This document shows, one piece after another, positions 60,129 to 64,000 of a stretch of 64,000 bases of DNA. Every line of letters begins with the position of its first letter. The stretch's first letter is position 1. The notes beneath the pieces are model-generated. The model had not been told where the DNA came from, did not search any database, and worked only from the letters and a program-made list of their open reading frames with translations. Source of the DNA: Hypanus sabinus (Eukaryota); contig NC_082722.1 in NCBI RefSeq assembly GCF_030144855.1, positions 53,258,001-53,322,000 on the forward strand, read 5' to 3'. The position numbers were made by a program, and so were the translations under genes.

Positions 60129-62379
60129 TCTAGAAATTCATCTCTAGTTATTAGTGATAAGTTGAAGTTAATAGAATCAACTTTCAGAAGCAGAGTAAAA
60201 CATGAAGCCACTATCACATACTGCATGTAGCAGTATTGACAAAGGAGGAATATCAGAGTATTTATCATTCATTGGCAGTCTGCTCACTCCTGAGTTGGAA
60301 AGTTATCGGACTGAGCTCTATTCCAGGTGATGCCTGTAAGTAAAGATGATAATTTAAAATTTGTCAATACATTAAATCAGATTTTCACATCCAGTCGGAA
60401 CAAAACCCTCAAACATAAGGCATGAATAGGAGGACAATACTTTCAAACTATGACAATATCTTACAATTCTGGCTGATATCTAAAAGGTACTCACAGTTAA
60501 TGTGAGTGGAGAGGTGACAACCTATGCCCTTTTGTGTTGTTAGACTTCTCGGTAGTGGGTTATGGTTTAGTCTGAGAAATTTGCCTGAAATATATTATTG
60601 AGGGTGTAGATTGATGTGAAGCTATCATGAAAAATTTTTCAAAACTTATCAATTCACTCAATCCTCATCTGCAGCCTAGTCCATTATATTTCATTCATTA
60701 TATTTTGTTGAATATATGGAATTGATACAGAAGATACAGTGGTTATTCATAAGTAGAAAGAGCTGGACTTGTAACTGTGGAGAGGTAATACAGATGGGGG
60801 AGAGTAATAGGAATACTGGACAACACAACTTCTACTTTCTATGCTAGTGGTGCTGAGCTAACTTTTTCAATAAATAAGGTTAGCATCAGGAATCAAAGTA
60901 TTTCAACATACTGCGTCCTATGTATGGGTGAACATACATATGTATGCCTATGTATGCCTTTTCAACTTGGACTGGCAGCAGTTAGAATCCTCTGAATCTG
61001 AATGAAATGTAGAGTTGTTTTAGAGGAATAGAAAGACAACATTTTAATTTTAGATTTCTATTTATTATAAATTATATTTATAATTTATACTTTGATCTCT
61101 TACTAGTTGGTCATCTGACTGTGGGCACAGCAGCATACAATTTAAATACTGGAATGGTATCCAGAGATCTGGATCACTAACCCAGAAACATGAGTTGAAA
61201 TTGCTTGGGGAATTCATTTCAAATAATTTCATAAAATTGGAACTGAGGGATGAAACTATCTGTGGTGCAACACCTTGCAGAACTATTGAAGCCACTGTCT
61301 CACAGCGCCAGAGACCCTGCTTCAGGTCGTCAGGTGCTACCCTTGTGGAGTTTAAACATTCTCCCTGTGACAGTGTATGCTTCCTGGAGCAGTTTCATAA
61401 ACAACCCAGAGGTCATCCAGATCAGTCAAAAGCATCCCTGCCATTTACTCTCAATGTAATGTCTTCCAGCTGCACAACACTCTGAGGTATCCGATTACTA
61501 CTAAATCTCACTTCTTGAGTTAATTGCCAGCAACACTGGCAGTCGTCTCAACTTTCAAGTCTCTGAGCACTGGAATTCTCTAACAAGATCACTTTATTTC
61601 TCCTCTTTTAAAATAATCATTGAAAACATGTTTTCCATGCTCTCAGTTAGCCTGGTGCCAAATCCTATGAAATGCCTTGGGATGTTTTACCAAGATGAGA
61701 ACCTATATTAATACAAATTATTCTAATTGGCCATTCAATTGGAACGTCTTAGGCTAAAGAACGGCTGTTCTTGTAACTTGTACATAGAAAGTTCCGTGTG
61801 CTGCGTCATGAGCTAATATTTCAAGCTGAAGTCCGCAAAATTCAAGTATCAGAATCCCCCAGATTCTGATTCCAAACTGAGCTTAAAAGGACCACTATAA
61901 CCGGCAAAAGGTAGCCTTCCTTCCATGCCACCTGTCTAGGCTGAAATCATACGCAGATCATGGTGGAAGGGGAAAGGAGTGAAAATAGGCCAAGGTGGGA
62001 AATGCCAGGCATGTTACTTTGGTGAAGGCTAGCAGCCCGTCGGGAAAATTGCAACCGAAATAGGAAGCAAAAATCTCCATTCCGCTGAAGGAGGGATGTC
62101 CTCACGCTCATTAGTAATCCACATAAAGTAAACAATTTACATCAGGGATCCAAAATGCCTTCTGAGCTATGAATAGGGACTCGATTATGCCGTCAACATC
62201 TCGGTTTGTGTTTATTTCATCAAGTTGTCTGGTTCGTATAAATAAAAGTAATCTACCAAACGCAGCACAAAATCGAGGGCTGGTTCCTTAGATAGGATCC
62301 CTGACAGTTGCTCTGCCGGCAGCATGAAATATAACGGCAATGAGTAGGCTGAATTATAAAGAACCCATTCAAAGTCTCC

Positions 62380-62981
62380 ACAGAAGACGAGGCGTGACCA
62401 AGGTCTACAGGTCATACCACAGAATGCACTAAAAGACTGGGAGAAGGGCGTAGTGTTTAAAAACAATAAACCGGAAAAAAGTCAGTCCGGAAACGTCGGC
62501 AACAGATGCATTTGAAAGGCTTTGATCTAATTGGGCTGTACCGCCCGTGCAGTTGATAGGTGGCGACTGATCACGTTAGAGGATGGCAGGAAGAGGGGTG
62601 CAGTGAACGGTGCGAGGCATCGCGGCGGGGAAACGGAGTGAACCCCCAGTTCCCGGGCTGACGACAGGAGCGGTGGAACGGGAGAGTGAGTGGATGGCGT
62701 TCCCTCTGGTGCTGCCAACCGGCCAACACACACTGACGGCATTATTTTGAGCTGTGCCGGAAGGAAGGAGGTGGGAATTCCCGAGGATTTGGCGTGATTC
62801 ACTGCGGACTGCCATGGCCGGGCTGCGAACCCCCTGCGCTGGCGCTGATTCGGCGGGCTAAGCCTCCTGCAGGTAAACGTAGGGGCACGAAGAAGTGCGG
62901 GGTAACTGCAGTTTGTGTGTGTCCCTTGCCTTCCCGGTTCCCCCTTTCCACTGAATTGACGCAGTAAAAAGTTGTTGCGGA
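62380..62981 (+). promoter_or_regulatory. SLC10A3 CpG-island promoter / 5'UTR, possible short 5'UTR intron 62873-62964
   Basis: CpG-rich; CCGGAA ETS sites at about 62471 and 62487; CAG|gtaaac donor and pyrimidine-rich ...gacgcag acceptor just before the CDS. Confidence 0.55.
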
Positions 62982-64000
62982 ATGGCTGATGTCTGGAAGT
63001 TGTGGACAGCCGGCATGAAGAAGGCGCTGCTGCTTGTGGCCATCGTCGGTGGGGTCTACTGCTTGTCGGACTCGAACCAGAGCCATACCACCCCGCCACC
63101 CTACTACGTAAACATCGGCGATGGCACTTCGACTCAATTCGACTTCCCCGAAAACACCGACGGTATTATTGTGGTTTCCAGCCGGTATCGAGCGGCCACG
63201 GAAAAGGGCTGTACCAGGCTGATAGTTGAGTCTCTGGATCCGGATGTCCTCAAAATAATCAACGTTACCGACGCCGAAACCATTGGCTTGGTGAAAAGTT
63301 ACATCGTCAGTATTAAATCCCGTCTGGCCGGCACCGCACCACTCTTGATCAGACTGTTGGATGTCGCCAGGGTTAAGCCATTGACCGTGGAAGAGCGAAA
63401 AGATTATATCATTAAAGTATCGCCCACTGATGATGTTTTAGGTTACAACGGACTGGCGCATTTCTCTCAAACCCCTATACTTTATTTTCTTTTGCCGTTG
63501 ATATTTATTAACAAATGTGCTTTTGGTTGTAAGGTGGAGATAGCGGTACTTCGAGGTATTCTGAAGCAGCCACATCCTGTTATTCTCGGGGTGATAGGGC
63601 AGTTTGTTGTCATGCCCTTGTATGCATATATTATGTCCAGGATCTTCTCCCTGCCCAAAGCTCTTTCTCTTGGGCTGGCAATTACCTGCTCTGCCCCAGG
63701 AGGGGGAGGAGGTTACCTCTACAGTCTTCTTCTCGGAGGGGATGTCACCCTTGCGATTTCCATGACCTTGATCTCCACTCTGGTTGCCACTGGTATGATG
63801 CCACTTTCATCCACTATCTATAGCCACATTCTCAATGTTCATGAAACACTCCATGTGCCATTTACCAAGATTTTGGTGACATTACTGTTTATAGCTATTC
63901 CCATTTCCACAGGAATGTTAATCAAGTATAAATTGCCACGGGTCAGTAAGTTCTTGCTTTTGTTTATTCGACCCCTCAGTTTACTGTTGATCATTGGAGG
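62982..64000 (+). CDS. SLC10A3: SLC10A3 (P3 protein, sodium/bile acid symporter family), no introns in the visible part, runs off the right edge
   Basis: Open frame from ATG 62982 (second in-frame ATG 63015): MKKALLLVAIVGGVYC...IGDGTSTQFDFPENTDGIIVVSSRY...EERKDYIIKVSP...PILYFLLPLIFINKCAFGCKVE...GQFVVMPLYAY...TCSAPGGGGGYLYSLLLGGDVTLAISMT, matching remembered human P3 motifs. Confidence 0.95.
   Translation, partial: MADVWKLWTAGMKKALLLVAIVGGVYCLSDSNQSHTTPPPYYVNIGDGTSTQFDFPENTDGIIVVSSRYRAATEKGCTRLIVESLDPDVLKIINVTDAETIGLVKSYIVSIKSRLAGTAPLLIRLLDVARVKPLTVEERKDYIIKVSPTDDVLGYNGLAHFSQTPILYFLLPLIFINKCAFGCKVEIAVLRGILKQPHPVILGVIGQFVVMPLYAYIMSRIFSLPKALSLGLAITCSAPGGGGGYLYSLLLGGDVTLAISMTLISTLVATGMMPLSSTIYSHILNVHETLHVPFTKILVTLLFIAIPISTGMLIKYKLPRVSKFLLLFIRPLSLLLIIG

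Noticed and set aside
62527-63229. Several ORFs up to 190 aa (mostly minus strand) over the SLC10A3 5' region
   Set aside because: By-products of a GC/CpG-rich island; no recognisable domain, and they overlap the real plus-strand gene
1-64000. tRNA, rRNA, snoRNA genes and CRISPR arrays
   Set aside because: tRNA-like boxes occur only in SINE heads; I saw no convincing C/D or H/ACA pair; the repeated short motifs are dispersed retroelement ends, not spacer arrays

Overview
Vertebrate genomic DNA, almost certainly from a cartilaginous fish (probably a ray), judged from the repeat families present (CR1, Rex1/Babar, Penelope-like elements, tRNA-SINEs, Tc1/pogo MITEs). Three protein-coding genes can be built by hand from splice signals and remembered homologue sequences. 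(1) The 5' half of a PKD1L2/PKD1L3-family polycystin on the minus strand: ATG at 18553, at least 9 coding exons down to 3058, continuing off the left edge. It encodes a signal peptide, C-type lectin, PKD/Ig-like folds, an RRKR micro-exon and then GAIN-region helices. (2) A complete IST1 (ESCRT-III-like) gene on the minus strand: CpG-island promoter at about 51.5 kb, CDS 46424..28290, 368 aa. (3) The start of an SLC10A3 (P3) CDS on the plus strand, uninterrupted from 62982/63015 to the right edge. Main findings: IST1 has two diverged 88-nt copies of its third coding exon only 65 nt apart, the geometry expected of mutually exclusive exons. The abundant Penelope-like termini carry minimal type I hammerhead ribozyme motifs, and their catalytic cores are damaged in every copy lying sense to a host pre-mRNA. 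The polycystin at the IST1-linked (PKD1L3) position has an ectodomain intermediate between PKD1L2 and mammalian PKD1L3. All homologies are from memory; no database search was run.
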